The notes under the pieces are model-generated. The model was not told the origin of the DNA. It searched no databases and saw nothing but the letters and a program-made list of their open reading frames with translations. A stretch of 64,000 nucleotides of DNA from a virus. The stretch lies in the IMG/VR virus record IMGVR_UViG_3300009158_000001, positions 64,001 through 128,000 of that record, one strand, 5' to 3'. The first letter of the stretch is position 1. Each line of letters opens with the position of its first letter. The position numbers and the translations under genes are program-made. Positions 10,655 through 20,729 of the stretch are shown piece after piece.

Positions 10655-11701
10655 TTATTTTCTCTTAAATTTCTTATTCTCTCTTACTTTTACTCCAATC
10701 TTTTTGAAAGTGGTAGCTTCTTCAGTTTGCTTGGTTGCTAAAGCCCTTCTTTCTCTCTCAAGAATAATCTCATATCCAGCAGGTACAATACCCATTTCAA
10801 GCTGTGCTGCTAATGCTTCTTCATCTGTATATCTTGGTAGATTATCAAAATCTTCTGCATCAAATCCGCCAATTTTATTGTTCTTGTCAATTTTAATACC
10901 TGGCACATTAACCTGAACGCCATTTGAAACAGCAACTCTATCCTTAGGAGCAATATAGGTTACACCTTCATTTGATGATGCGACTGAGATATCCTTTTTA
11001 TACTCGGGCTTTGGTTCATTCATTGTTCTCTCAGGAGTAGGAGTCTGTTTATTTGACGCCTCTTGTTGGGCCCTAAACTTAACAAACTCATCAATAAACG
11101 TATCATCTTCTGTTTTCTTTTGTGGCTTTTTTGCCTTAGGCTTTGCTGCTTTTTCAACGTTGGGATCATATATCTCTAGTGGATTTTTAAGTATTCCATT
11201 TTCAAGTAGATATTTCTCCGCACTGGCAAATAAACTAGCAATTCGATCAAATGGCAATTTGTCTAAAGACTCAAAAGTGTAAGCTTTAAATACTACGCAA
11301 ATAATAGTATACATTTGATACTCAACATTTGTCATGCTAAGTGCTCTATACATATTAAGTCTTTGAGTAAAACCTTGTATGTTTATATTTCCATTTGAAT
11401 CTGGAATAATTCCAGAGTCACTAATGTACATTATTAAGTTTGATATAGTGTCGACTATGCCAGCTGGCAAGTAGTCTATTTCAAAGTCTGTCCACTTAGG
11501 AGTTCTAAGAGTATAGTCCCTAAAAATCTTTACCTTTAATTCGTAATTTGAAAGACTATTAAATCGTTCAGCATAGCGAATTCTTTTATATTCACCCCAA
11601 GGTATACGAGTAAAATATTCCGTATGAGTACTATTAAGCCCATACGGAAGATCTACTACATATAACGGGATATCCTTATGGTTAAAGATATCTAAGTACA
11701 T
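10655..11701 (-). CDS. Putative tail assembly chaperone 2 / hypothetical
   Basis: Position between chaperone-like gene and tape-measure candidate. Shares a short motif (LPAGIVDTISN vs LPAGLPDLLTN) with the upstream 172-aa gene. Confidence 0.4.
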   Translation of the reverse strand: MYLDIFNHKDIPLYVVDLPYGLNSTHTEYFTRIPWGEYKRIRYAERFNSLSNYELKVKIFRDYTLRTPKWTDFEIDYLPAGIVDTISNLIMYISDSGIIPDSNGNINIQGFTQRLNMYRALSMTNVEYQMYTIICVVFKAYTFESLDKLPFDRIASLFASAEKYLLENGILKNPLEIYDPNVEKAAKPKAKKPQKKTEDDTFIDEFVKFRAQQEASNKQTPTPERTMNEPKPEYKKDISVASSNEGVTYIAPKDRVAVSNGVQVNVPGIKIDKNNKIGGFDAEDFDNLPRYTDEEALAAQLEMGIVPAGYEIILERERRALATKQTEEATTFKKIGVKVRENKKFKRK

Positions 11702-11718
11702 TAATACTCTTTAATTAA

Positions 11719-12237
11719 TTAGAGTTCTTTGCTTAGTGAGAAAGCAAGTTCTACAGGAATAAATGCACTTAAACGGCTAATCATATTTGTAAGAAGATCT
11801 GGCAGACCAGCAGGTAAATCATTAACTGCTTCATCTGATAGCATTGGGAAAACACAACCAGCCTCTAGAATTTCCTTATTAAGTCTTTCCATGTCCTGAC
11901 CAGCAATCTCACGGATCATTCGCATCTCTCTTACTTTAAGAGGACGGACTAGAAACCATCTATTGTCTTCATGAGGATAAACAATGACAGTGCCATGCTT
12001 CTCCTTCATTCTTGCAACATAGCTTCTAGAGCATCCCATCTTCTCAAGTTCAGAGTAAGCAAGATCTTTCTCTTCCTCTGCTGTAAGAGATCTTTCCTGT
12101 TGGGGTTTTGACTCGTCGCCAGTAGGCTCCTTTGCAGCCTCCTTCTCAGCCTCTCTGCTCTTTCTTGTTTTTTCAAGCTTTTTCTCTAAAAGAGCTTCGG
12201 CGTCAACTTCTACTAATTCTGTTGTTGTTTCTGACAT
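11719..12237 (-). CDS. Putative tail assembly chaperone
   Basis: Small acidic helical protein after the tube genes; FLVRPL...E pattern as seen in tail chaperones. Confidence 0.45.
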   Translation of the reverse strand: MSETTTELVEVDAEALLEKKLEKTRKSREAEKEAAKEPTGDESKPQQERSLTAEEEKDLAYSELEKMGCSRSYVARMKEKHGTVIVYPHEDNRWFLVRPLKVREMRMIREIAGQDMERLNKEILEAGCVFPMLSDEAVNDLPAGLPDLLTNMISRLSAFIPVELAFSLSKEL

Positions 12238-12269
12238 TTTTCCTCTTTGTTCCTATTGGGTTGTAATTA

Positions 12270-13325
12270 TTATGGCTTGACTATTGGGGGAAGTTCAGGT
12301 GCCGCATCCCCTCTAGCAATATCTTTTATAGGTCGTTCTGGCTTAGCTACCGCCGTTCCACCTGTTTGGTTTGTTTTGGCTGCTTCTGTTGCGGTTGCCG
12401 CTGCCGCTGCTGCTGCTGGTGAAGCAGGCTCGGCCTTTGCCGCTTCGGCTTGGGCGGCAAGAATACTATCATAATCAGTTTGTCCGCTTCCATTTCTAGC
12501 AAGAACTTCTTTTGATCTTGCCATAAATTTATAGGTTTCCATTATTGGTTGGTCATCAGACATAATCTGTTGTGCTTCGCCAATAAAATGAACATCTCTA
12601 AGTATAACAGTCGAGGAGTTCATATAAGATGTGATACCATTTGCCATAGATGTTATATTTGGATTACCATAAGTAATAATTATATTCAAAGGCTTGTTTA
12701 CTCCGCCAGCCCTTGAAAACTGGTCAGGTCTATGAAGACTTCCGCTGTCCGATAGCGCCTTGCCATAGCCTCCCGATAATCCAAAATATGACTTTTGAGC
12801 ATCGTTCAGGTTTCGTTCACTTAAACTTCCATGTAAGCCACCACTATTAGCTAATAGACTTGTAGTTCCATCTGGAGTCGTATTATTTGTAATAGTACCT
12901 GCAGTTAAATTTGCAACCATATCTGTCTGAAGGCTTTGATTGGCAAATAAACCATCAAGCATTGCGGCATCACCAGGATGATTGCCCATGTTGTCATATG
13001 ATCTTAGTAAACTAATCAATTTTTTCTTTCCATTTAGCTCAGGAAAATCGCCTGCAGAAAAAGTAAAATCTCTTGGTAGCTCTGAATAATATTTTTGCAA
13101 AACATAACTCAAATATTGAGGATGTTGAAAGTTAATATAAAGTTGACCTAATACAATTACTTGACCATCAGCCACCCCATCATAGTATAAACTGTTATAG
13201 CCATAAATTGGTCTTTTGTTTTGTGATACTTCCCATGAAATACCAAAAGCATTTGTTATAAGAGCAGAGCCAATTGTTAATGATACATTTGCTCCAGTAT
13301 ATGCAGTTGCTACTGACTTAGCCAT
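12270..13325 (-). CDS. Tail tube-like protein (tube initiator / baseplate hub)
   Basis: YTGANV...ISWEVSQNKRPIYGY...G.L.INF and terminal ETYKFMAR parallel the tube protein motifs at 14623-15261. Confidence 0.6.
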   Translation of the reverse strand: MAKSVATAYTGANVSLTIGSALITNAFGISWEVSQNKRPIYGYNSLYYDGVADGQVIVLGQLYINFQHPQYLSYVLQKYYSELPRDFTFSAGDFPELNGKKKLISLLRSYDNMGNHPGDAAMLDGLFANQSLQTDMVANLTAGTITNNTTPDGTTSLLANSGGLHGSLSERNLNDAQKSYFGLSGGYGKALSDSGSLHRPDQFSRAGGVNKPLNIIITYGNPNITSMANGITSYMNSSTVILRDVHFIGEAQQIMSDDQPIMETYKFMARSKEVLARNGSGQTDYDSILAAQAEAAKAEPASPAAAAAAATATEAAKTNQTGGTAVAKPERPIKDIARGDAAPELPPIVKP

Positions 13326-13367
13326 TATTATCCTTTTTATAATTAATCTTCATAGCAACGTTTACTA

Positions 13368-14420
13368 TTATTTTAAATATCCATCTCTAAAACGGTTGAT
13401 AGTGCCTTGTTGATATGTGGCAGTACGACGGGTATTCCTCTTGCCATTCATAGGGATTCCTTCAGGATTAACTTCATTATGCGCAATAGCACTATCAGCT
13501 TCCATAATTGCATTATATTTATAAACTTCTTCTTGAATTTCTCTTCTTTGCTCTGGGGTGTTAGAGCTTGAATTAGCTGGAGCAGGACTTACTATCGCTG
13601 GAGTTGCTGTAGTAGGTTCAGTCGCAGCCTTAACACTATCAACTAAGACAGGCTCAAGTCCACTATCAAATGCATTTGCAAAGCTAAAGGTGCTATTTGC
13701 TGTACCAATTGTACCTTCAAAATATCTTATATTTGAAGCCATATACTGATATTGAACTTCAGTGTAAATGTCTTCAACTGAAAGAGTACTAGAGTCATGA
13801 ATAATCTCAATATCTTCTAGAATAATTTTACCCATATGTCCAGCTTCATTTATCATCGTAATAATAATATCAAACGGCGGAAGATCAGAAGGTTTTACTA
13901 CTTCTCCTAGATAATTTGTATCCCAAGAAAAATCCCAGATTTTTCTATTCTTCTCTGGCTCTGGAGCCCCAGCATTACTCTTTCTTTTAGTAATGTATTC
14001 AGCGTCACCAGACGCATAACCTAGAAGTCCACCTCTATCCCATGTAACATCAACATCCCCTTTTAATGGAAATTCGTAATTATCATTAAATACATGGGTA
14101 TGTAACTGGTTAAATATTAATGTACCAGCAATAGTTCGGCCACCTCTTGCTACTGCAATTGGATTTTTAAATCCTAATGCCTTTACAGGTGTTTTAGTGT
14201 TATAAGTTGAAATTGATATAGTCTGTAAAGTTCCAATTCTAAAAATTCTTGCACTGTTTTTTCCTTGATACTGAGGCAACATAATTGTTGCTGAAATATC
14301 GCATCCAGAAAATCCAAGATTATTACCTGCTGCAGTAAAACTCTCAAATAATCCATCCCTTATAGTAGGAGGTTTCTTTGGCGGAGTATCTGTTTGGACG
14401 GTTGGACCGGGAGGAGCCAT
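13368..14420 (-). CDS. Tail tube-like protein (paralogue)
   Basis: FSGCDI, KTPVKALG, RGGRTIAGTLIF and DLPPFDI correspond to FSGADI, KAPIYVLG, RGKRGIAGSLIF and DQLPPFDV in the tube gene. Confidence 0.65.
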   Translation of the reverse strand: MAPPGPTVQTDTPPKKPPTIRDGLFESFTAAGNNLGFSGCDISATIMLPQYQGKNSARIFRIGTLQTISISTYNTKTPVKALGFKNPIAVARGGRTIAGTLIFNQLHTHVFNDNYEFPLKGDVDVTWDRGGLLGYASGDAEYITKRKSNAGAPEPEKNRKIWDFSWDTNYLGEVVKPSDLPPFDIIITMINEAGHMGKIILEDIEIIHDSSTLSVEDIYTEVQYQYMASNIRYFEGTIGTANSTFSFANAFDSGLEPVLVDSVKAATEPTTATPAIVSPAPANSSSNTPEQRREIQEEVYKYNAIMEADSAIAHNEVNPEGIPMNGKRNTRRTATYQQGTINRFRDGYLK

Positions 14421-14539
14421 TAAGTATCCTTTCTATAGTTGAGAAGAAAAACTATTAGTATTAAAAAAATTACAAATAGACATGCCAAAATTACGGCTCC
14501 ATCTTTAATCTTTGAAATAGTTTCTTTTATTTTTTTCAT
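14420..14539 (-). CDS. 39-aa single-pass membrane peptide (below ORF-track cutoff)
   Basis: MKKIKETISKIKDGAVILACLFVIFLILIVFLLNYRKDT; TAAAGG upstream; the stop overlaps the next start (TAATG). Confidence 0.55.
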   Translation of the reverse strand: MKKIKETISKIKDGAVILACLFVIFLILIVFLLNYRKDT

Positions 14540-14556
14540 ATGCCTTTACTCATAAT

Positions 14557-14585
14557 AAAAAACCTACATATATTATATGTAGGTT
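14557..14585 (-). terminator. Rho-independent terminator after tail tube gene
   Basis: Inverted repeat AACCTACATA...TATGTAGGTT running into a T-tract on the minus strand. Confidence 0.65.
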
Positions 14586-14622
14586 CTTCATACCAGTAGC
14601 CTGTATTAGGCTATTTAGTTAT

Positions 14623-15261
14623 TTACTCGCTGATAGTAACAGCACCGCTAGCAGTTCTGTCAATCTTGAAGCGACTATCTTTCTGAGTTGTCCAACGAGT
14701 AACCGCACGAGCAAGATATGTTGTTTGCATATCAGCCTGGCGATCTTCAATACCCATACCCCAGCCTTCATTCATAAGTTCAACACCATGAATAACGCAC
14801 TTAGCAGCAATACCCATTTCATTTAATGCACTAACAGTGACATCAAAAGGAGGAAGCTGATCGGCATAGAAAGCCTTTGAAAGCTTACCCATTGAGTCTG
14901 GCTTGGCAGCAGAGTCTCCTAGCGATGGACGAGTTGGACCAGCTGTTGAACTAAAGTCCATTGGATTTGGCTCGTAAATCTTTTGAACAAACTTGCCAAG
15001 TGCGCTACCCTCATCCTCGATATTGAACTGCTCAAGAATAGCATGTGTATCAAACTGAATAAAGATTAGTGAACCAGCAATACCACGCTTGCCGCGTGAG
15101 AAGGCGCGAGGGTTGGCCTCACCTAGTACGTAGATTGGGGCCTTTTCGCGCTGAATAGCATAGGAAACCGCCATAAGGTTACCTACTTCATTGTTCGCAA
15201 AGACAGCCTTAATATCAGCTCCTGAGAAACTGTTGTGTGCTCTTGTAAGAAAATCAGACAT
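14623..15261 (-). CDS. Major tail tube protein
   Basis: 212 aa, immediately downstream of the sheath and followed by a terminator; beta-rich pattern shared with the two downstream paralogues. Confidence 0.75.
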   Translation of the reverse strand: MSDFLTRAHNSFSGADIKAVFANNEVGNLMAVSYAIQREKAPIYVLGEANPRAFSRGKRGIAGSLIFIQFDTHAILEQFNIEDEGSALGKFVQKIYEPNPMDFSSTAGPTRPSLGDSAAKPDSMGKLSKAFYADQLPPFDVTVSALNEMGIAAKCVIHGVELMNEGWGMGIEDRQADMQTTYLARAVTRWTTQKDSRFKIDRTASGAVTISE

Positions 15262-15284
15262 TTTTATTGCTCCTTAATTTATAA

Positions 15285-18266
15285 TTAAACGCTAAGGTTT
15301 ACAGAGAAGGTAATCTGTCTAAGCTCAAAGACAGGAGTGAGAGTTAGATCAACTCTAACCTTACCAAGAACACGCTCTTCTGCAGTTTGCATAAGCTTAA
15401 AGCGGCCAGCTGTAATAACCTGTACGCCAGTGGAATCGCCAAGATTTCTCTTGAGGACTTCGCCAATTGCAGCTTCAAGTGCATTCCTCTTGATTGCGGA
15501 AAGACCTTTACCAAGGAAAGGACGAGCCGTATTTCTAAGCTCTTCAGCAATCTTAGCAACAATTCTTACCGTAGTAAGTCTTGTGTAGTCAGATGTTGGA
15601 GAAGCAAAGGTCGGTGAGTCTGCAATAGATGGTGTACCGTTCTCAACCTTAGCAAGTGTAAGTCCAAGGCCACATGCAACGTCCACAGTCTTGGTCTCTA
15701 GGCGGTAAGGCACAAATAGACCAGGAACCTGACGGTTAATAAGGCTGTCAATAACACTCAAGTTAGGAAGCATACCAGCAACAATTGTAGCCGCATTTGT
15801 AATGTAAGCAGGGCTTCTTGTGTTAACATCATCTGCTGTTGTGCCAAACAGAGCAACAACAGAAAGATACTTACCAAGATCGATTTTCTTACTATTACCA
15901 TCCAGCACCATGTTGGCTGTTGAGTAATCAAGTGATCTATCTTCCGTTAGGAAAAGTCCACCACGCTTTACGCCATCATTGAAAGCGTACTTGCCGCCAA
16001 TGAACTTATGACCAAGTAGACCTGTACCATTATTGCTTTCATCAGTAATGAAGTAGGTGCCACTCTCTCTGTCATACGCATAAGTAGGAGCCTTACCAAA
16101 GTACTCACGAATGCCACGAGCCGAAATGCTACCAGGAAGACGAGTACCAATCACACCGTGACAAGTTCTGTAATCCTCTGAGTTCTCATAGCAATACGTT
16201 GCAAGAAGATGCCCAAAGTTAACTTCTCTATATTGGAACTCACCTGACTCCGGAAGAAGACTATTACTAGCAATCTCGGGAAGATCTGAAATAACACCAG
16301 TGGTCGACCAGTAGTAGGTATAGGTGTAGTCGCCATTGTCTGATACAACAAGGTAACCAAGGGCATCGTTTGCTTGCCCAGGCGCAGGATAAGCCCCATC
16401 AGTAATAGTAATATCTGCACCATCAGCGGCATTCTTAGCATCAATTGTTATGCCATAAGGAACAATGATGTCAAAAGCTGCAAGATCAAGATTCTCAAAC
16501 GCAGTATGAAGCTTCTCATATCTCTTCATAAGGGAGATATTTGAATCAGTGGTGCCTGGGCTAAACTCGGCTGCAGTACCGTAATCAAAGTTGTTATTAG
16601 CATAATCTTCAAGAGGGGCATGAGTAAATGTTGCCCCACTAAGACCATAGGACACAGCTGTGCCGCCATCAAGAACCTTATCAAGAGGAACATAAACGCC
16701 ACCACCAGCAACAGCAAAAGGCTTATTGCTATCCTGAGGGTATAGACCAACATCAGACGCTCTACCAGTTGATGATCCAGCTACTCCATAGGCACTGACT
16801 GTTCCCTGTCCAGAAGGAAGTGTAATTGTAGGAGCAGCCTGTAAGAAAGGACGAGCAGTATAGCCAGCCCAAGGGTGATCAACGCCGTAAACAACTTCAC
16901 CGTCAGCGTTGACAGTGCCATCAGCGGTAATTGATATTACGTTGTCTAACGCGCTAGCAGTGAATGGAAGCTTTTCGAATTCCCCATTAGCATTAAGAGC
17001 AGCTGCTAGTGCAGTGGCCACAGCACTAGCAGAAGTATAAGGCTGACCAACAGCATATGTTCCAGTAGCAGTAATTCCAGAAATGCCAAATGAATAAGTA
17101 AGAGCAGTTGCACCAGGAGCAGCATAGTTACCAGCAATAGTACCAACTGTTGCCACTGCACCTCTGACAAGACCGTTACCAGCAACGCTGGCACCAGTTA
17201 TAACACCTGAAACATTGACAGTAATAGTAACAGTAGCATCATTGGTGCTTGTTACTCCACCAAGAAGACTACCATCAACAACAATATTACCAGCAGTATA
17301 ACCAGTGCCCTGAGTTGTGATAGTTACGCTATAAACACCACCAGCGCTGACTGTGATAGATGCTCTACCAGCGTCGTGGCCATCCCCATCATCAAGTGCA
17401 AGGTCAGTATATGTACGGGTTGCCCCTGCGACTGAGGCCACTGAGAAAGTAAGATCATTTGCAGTGCTGACCCCACCAAGAGCCGAACCTAAGACCTTAA
17501 GTCCATCACCAACCGCATAAAGTGAACCACCAGCAGCTGTCGAAATTGTAGTAGTTGAGTAGGCTCCTGTTCCAAACGTAGGAACACCTAGCACAGTAAA
17601 TGTAGCCCCAGTACCAGGACCAGATGCCTGATAGCTAGAAGCAACTCCAGTGTAACTCCTGCTTCCCGAGCTAACACTAATAGCAATAGACTCTGCCTCT
17701 GCGCCTTCGCCTAGGCCTAGATCAACATCGCCAAGTTCAAACTCAACATCAACTTCGCCATTATCAAGTGAGGCACCCTCTAATGCAGTACCCTGCCAGA
17801 CAACAGTATCCGTCTCAAGATTAACAACAATAAGTTCAGCAGTAACAGACTTATCATCTGCAGTGCCAGTACCACTCGTTGCTAGGCTCTTAGCATGACG
17901 ATAAGCCACGCCATACTTAGCAGCAGCTTCAGGCGACTCCTGTGTAGTACGAATTGTAATACCTGCAGCGCTTGCCTCATTAACATCAGCACCAAGAGCT
18001 GACAAAACAGGAGGAGTACCAGGCAAACGGTAAACATAAATGTTTGAAGCTCCGCCTTTCTTGACTTCGCTAGCGGCTCTCGCAACTTCAGAGTCAGAAC
18101 CAAACTCTCTAACAACAGCACTTACATCTGACATCAGGAATGGTTCACTGGTAAGACCCTTAGTGGCCGTACCAAGAACAAGAACAGACTGTGTAAGATC
18201 TGGGGCTGAGAAGGTTAGGTTACCATCTTGAAGCTGTACGTAACTCCCGGGTAGGTTTATATACAT
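15285..18266 (-). CDS. Contractile tail sheath protein with inserted Gly/Thr-rich domains
   Basis: N-terminal LPGSYV..DG and VLVLGTATKG; C-terminal YTRLTTVRI...PFLGK...LTPVFELRQITFSV, typical of sheath proteins. Confidence 0.85.
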   Translation of the reverse strand: MYINLPGSYVQLQDGNLTFSAPDLTQSVLVLGTATKGLTSEPFLMSDVSAVVREFGSDSEVARAASEVKKGGASNIYVYRLPGTPPVLSALGADVNEASAAGITIRTTQESPEAAAKYGVAYRHAKSLATSGTGTADDKSVTAELIVVNLETDTVVWQGTALEGASLDNGEVDVEFELGDVDLGLGEGAEAESIAISVSSGSRSYTGVASSYQASGPGTGATFTVLGVPTFGTGAYSTTTISTAAGGSLYAVGDGLKVLGSALGGVSTANDLTFSVASVAGATRTYTDLALDDGDGHDAGRASITVSAGGVYSVTITTQGTGYTAGNIVVDGSLLGGVTSTNDATVTITVNVSGVITGASVAGNGLVRGAVATVGTIAGNYAAPGATALTYSFGISGITATGTYAVGQPYTSASAVATALAAALNANGEFEKLPFTASALDNVISITADGTVNADGEVVYGVDHPWAGYTARPFLQAAPTITLPSGQGTVSAYGVAGSSTGRASDVGLYPQDSNKPFAVAGGGVYVPLDKVLDGGTAVSYGLSGATFTHAPLEDYANNNFDYGTAAEFSPGTTDSNISLMKRYEKLHTAFENLDLAAFDIIVPYGITIDAKNAADGADITITDGAYPAPGQANDALGYLVVSDNGDYTYTYYWSTTGVISDLPEIASNSLLPESGEFQYREVNFGHLLATYCYENSEDYRTCHGVIGTRLPGSISARGIREYFGKAPTYAYDRESGTYFITDESNNGTGLLGHKFIGGKYAFNDGVKRGGLFLTEDRSLDYSTANMVLDGNSKKIDLGKYLSVVALFGTTADDVNTRSPAYITNAATIVAGMLPNLSVIDSLINRQVPGLFVPYRLETKTVDVACGLGLTLAKVENGTPSIADSPTFASPTSDYTRLTTVRIVAKIAEELRNTARPFLGKGLSAIKRNALEAAIGEVLKRNLGDSTGVQVITAGRFKLMQTAEERVLGKVRVDLTLTPVFELRQITFSVNLSV

Positions 18267-18284
18267 CGGCTCTCCTTTGAATAA

Positions 18285-19028
18285 TTAATTTGAAGTAACA
18301 ATTTTTAAAGCAATTTCTTTTAGTACGAAGAAGCTGGACCAACTAAGTTTCTCAATTGAGACAGCATATTTAATAGTTCTCTTGTGTCTTAACGCTTCTG
18401 TGTCATCTCCTAATTCTTCTACAAAAACAAAATCTAACACTCCACTGTATTTAACATACCATAGATAAACCTTAATGATATCCATGATCCACTCCTTTAG
18501 GAGGTCAGCTTCATGCGCTGTTTTTCCATATACACTCAAAGAAATATTATAGTCAAATCTTTGACCATATAAGTAGATCTCGGATGTATCATCTTTCGGG
18601 TCCATGTACTTGCCAACTAGTATAGGTGTCACCATCCTACGAGAAGGAGCGTTTACTGCCCCTGTTCCGGCGGCACCTGGTTTACCGTCTAGAACTTTAA
18701 AAACAACATTAGGAGTTTCACTTTCAACATTGATGATAGGTCTTTGAATAATTAATCTTTCATTATTTAACCATGAAGGTTTAAGGGATACAGTTGCAAA
18801 ATTGATAACTTCCTGAAGCAATTCCATAACTTCATAAATTGTATTGATTCTTATTTTGTCATTCTCTAATTTAAGAATTGCTTTGCCACCTGGCTCCAGT
18901 ATTAAATTACTAGGTGCTGCTTCTGTGACCTTATTTAATAGTTCGTTCTTTTCAAGAACTTCAACAATAAAATTCTTTTGAGCAGTACTAAGGTCAGCCT
19001 GTAATTGTTTACTCAGTGGATTTAACAT
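18285..19028 (-). CDS. Putative tail terminator / completion protein
   Basis: Position between neck genes and sheath; alpha/beta pattern. Confidence 0.45.
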   Translation of the reverse strand: MLNPLSKQLQADLSTAQKNFIVEVLEKNELLNKVTEAAPSNLILEPGGKAILKLENDKIRINTIYEVMELLQEVINFATVSLKPSWLNNERLIIQRPIINVESETPNVVFKVLDGKPGAAGTGAVNAPSRRMVTPILVGKYMDPKDDTSEIYLYGQRFDYNISLSVYGKTAHEADLLKEWIMDIIKVYLWYVKYSGVLDFVFVEELGDDTEALRHKRTIKYAVSIEKLSWSSFFVLKEIALKIVTSN

Positions 19029-19029
19029 T

Positions 19030-19578
19030 TTAATATTTCCTACAGTATAAGATTATGTATTCTATTCGACCAGTATCTGAACGCTTCTCATTCAATGTAT
19101 TAATTGTCCAAGTAATATGGCGACGCTCTGGCTTAACAAGAGCACCATTAGGTTCCAATGCTAATTCTATGATTTTATCTTCATAGTCTATTGCTACTGT
19201 GTCTTGCACATAAAACTTACAAAATTGCTTTTTACTTCTGCCAATTTCTGTAAGTAATGAAGCTCCAGCTTTTTCCTGATCACTTCCAATGTCAACTTTA
19301 AATGTATCTATATAATGCTCATCCCATAGATAGCCTTCTCCTAGGCATACAGTGCATTTTTGATGCATTTGACCTTCTTTAGCTACATTGCAAGAGCAAG
19401 GAATTCTGTAGTTATTTGCATTACGTCTAAACTTTCTAAGCATAACTTTGAAAGCCTTTGGGATCTCATAGACTGATCCTCCAAAAGTATCTTTAGTTTC
19501 TTTGCGTAAATCTACTTCTTTTTGTGTAACTTTTGGGCTTGAATCTAAGCGATAAAAGCGATTTCTTTTAATAGCCAT
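19030..19578 (-). CDS. Putative head-closure (neck) protein with Zn-binding motif
   Basis: CSC...CTVCLGEG motif; position in the neck module. Confidence 0.5.
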   Translation of the reverse strand: MAIKRNRFYRLDSSPKVTQKEVDLRKETKDTFGGSVYEIPKAFKVMLRKFRRNANNYRIPCSCNVAKEGQMHQKCTVCLGEGYLWDEHYIDTFKVDIGSDQEKAGASLLTEIGRSKKQFCKFYVQDTVAIDYEDKIIELALEPNGALVKPERRHITWTINTLNEKRSDTGRIEYIILYCRKY

Positions 19579-19591
19579 TTATGCTCCTATC

Positions 19592-20728
19592 CTAACTACC
19601 AGTATCAGGCCAGTTGCCATTTATATTTCTATAGATGTACCGGTAACGATAACGGTTCTGATAAGCATAGTCTGGATAGTATCTGTAAGATCCAGGAAGT
19701 CTAGTTTTAATATTGACACTCGGAGCAAATCTAGGCATGTTATCAATTGATCTGCCAAAAGCAGGATAGTCTGCACCAAGATAACCTTTGATTGCCATAC
19801 CAGCATTAAGACTTGCGCCATATGAAAGATTACCATTGCTATGAAGAATTCTATGTAAGTCTTCATTGCGTTTTCTCATTTGCTCAATCTTGACTTTCAA
19901 AGCTGAGCCATTGTCAGCCCATTCGACTTTAAGATCGCCAAGTTGTTTAGCACGAGGAGCACCTAAGGCAAGTGAAATATTCTCAATCAAATCAATAGAA
20001 CTATTGATGATTACGTACTCCATCTTAACATAATCAAGCCATTTTTGTGTTCCATTTTGCACTGGCATATCAAAGACCATTGCATCTACAACTTTTGAAT
20101 ATCTATAAATAAGATAGTTAACCGTATCAGCATCAACATCACCTACAATACTACCAACGCTAGATAGAACTTGATCGTAAGTTGCGTACATGGGAGTGTA
20201 CCTACTAGTGAACCAAGATTCGTCTTCTATGCCCACCGAGTCGACTGCAGCGCCAATTTCTTTGATTCCCCTAATTTCAATAACATACTGATTATTATTG
20301 AGTAACGTATCAAAACCTTCATCTTGTGAATAAGTATTGAGTTCGCTGCCACTAGATGTAACAGTAAATGGAACAAGACTTGTAAACATAACTGGAGCAA
20401 GATCAGTGCCAACATTGATTTCAAAGTAAGCCCACCACTCTCCAACTTGAGAGTCAACTGCAGTTATATAGTTATAAGTATATTGTCCATACTTAGTTGG
20501 AGCACCTGGATCAACTCTATAGAATCCTGGCACTGCATGAGTGGCAAGATTGACTCCCGGTAGTCCGGGCTTTTTGCCATATGGATAAATTGATACCTTT
20601 GGTGTAGATTCAGGGATTGTCATATCAGCTGCAGGATCTGTACTAACAAATCCATTAGCTAGATAGCCATTTCCATCTCTGACTTGGCAAACAATATTAA
20701 CTGCATCTCCTTGAATTACGGTTAACAT
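19592..20728 (-). CDS. Putative head-tail adaptor with N-terminal beta-sandwich domain
   Basis: Position; helical C-terminal half with PMYAT and KQLGDLKVEW patterns reminiscent of adaptor proteins. Confidence 0.45.
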   Translation of the reverse strand: MLTVIQGDAVNIVCQVRDGNGYLANGFVSTDPAADMTIPESTPKVSIYPYGKKPGLPGVNLATHAVPGFYRVDPGAPTKYGQYTYNYITAVDSQVGEWWAYFEINVGTDLAPVMFTSLVPFTVTSSGSELNTYSQDEGFDTLLNNNQYVIEIRGIKEIGAAVDSVGIEDESWFTSRYTPMYATYDQVLSSVGSIVGDVDADTVNYLIYRYSKVVDAMVFDMPVQNGTQKWLDYVKMEYVIINSSIDLIENISLALGAPRAKQLGDLKVEWADNGSALKVKIEQMRKRNEDLHRILHSNGNLSYGASLNAGMAIKGYLGADYPAFGRSIDNMPRFAPSVNIKTRLPGSYRYYPDYAYQNRYRYRYIYRNINGNWPDTGS

Positions 20729-20729
20729 A

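Noticed and set aside
11690-11730. Programmed frameshift between tail chaperone genes
   Set aside because: No slippery heptamer seen near the first stop, and the second gene has its own start.
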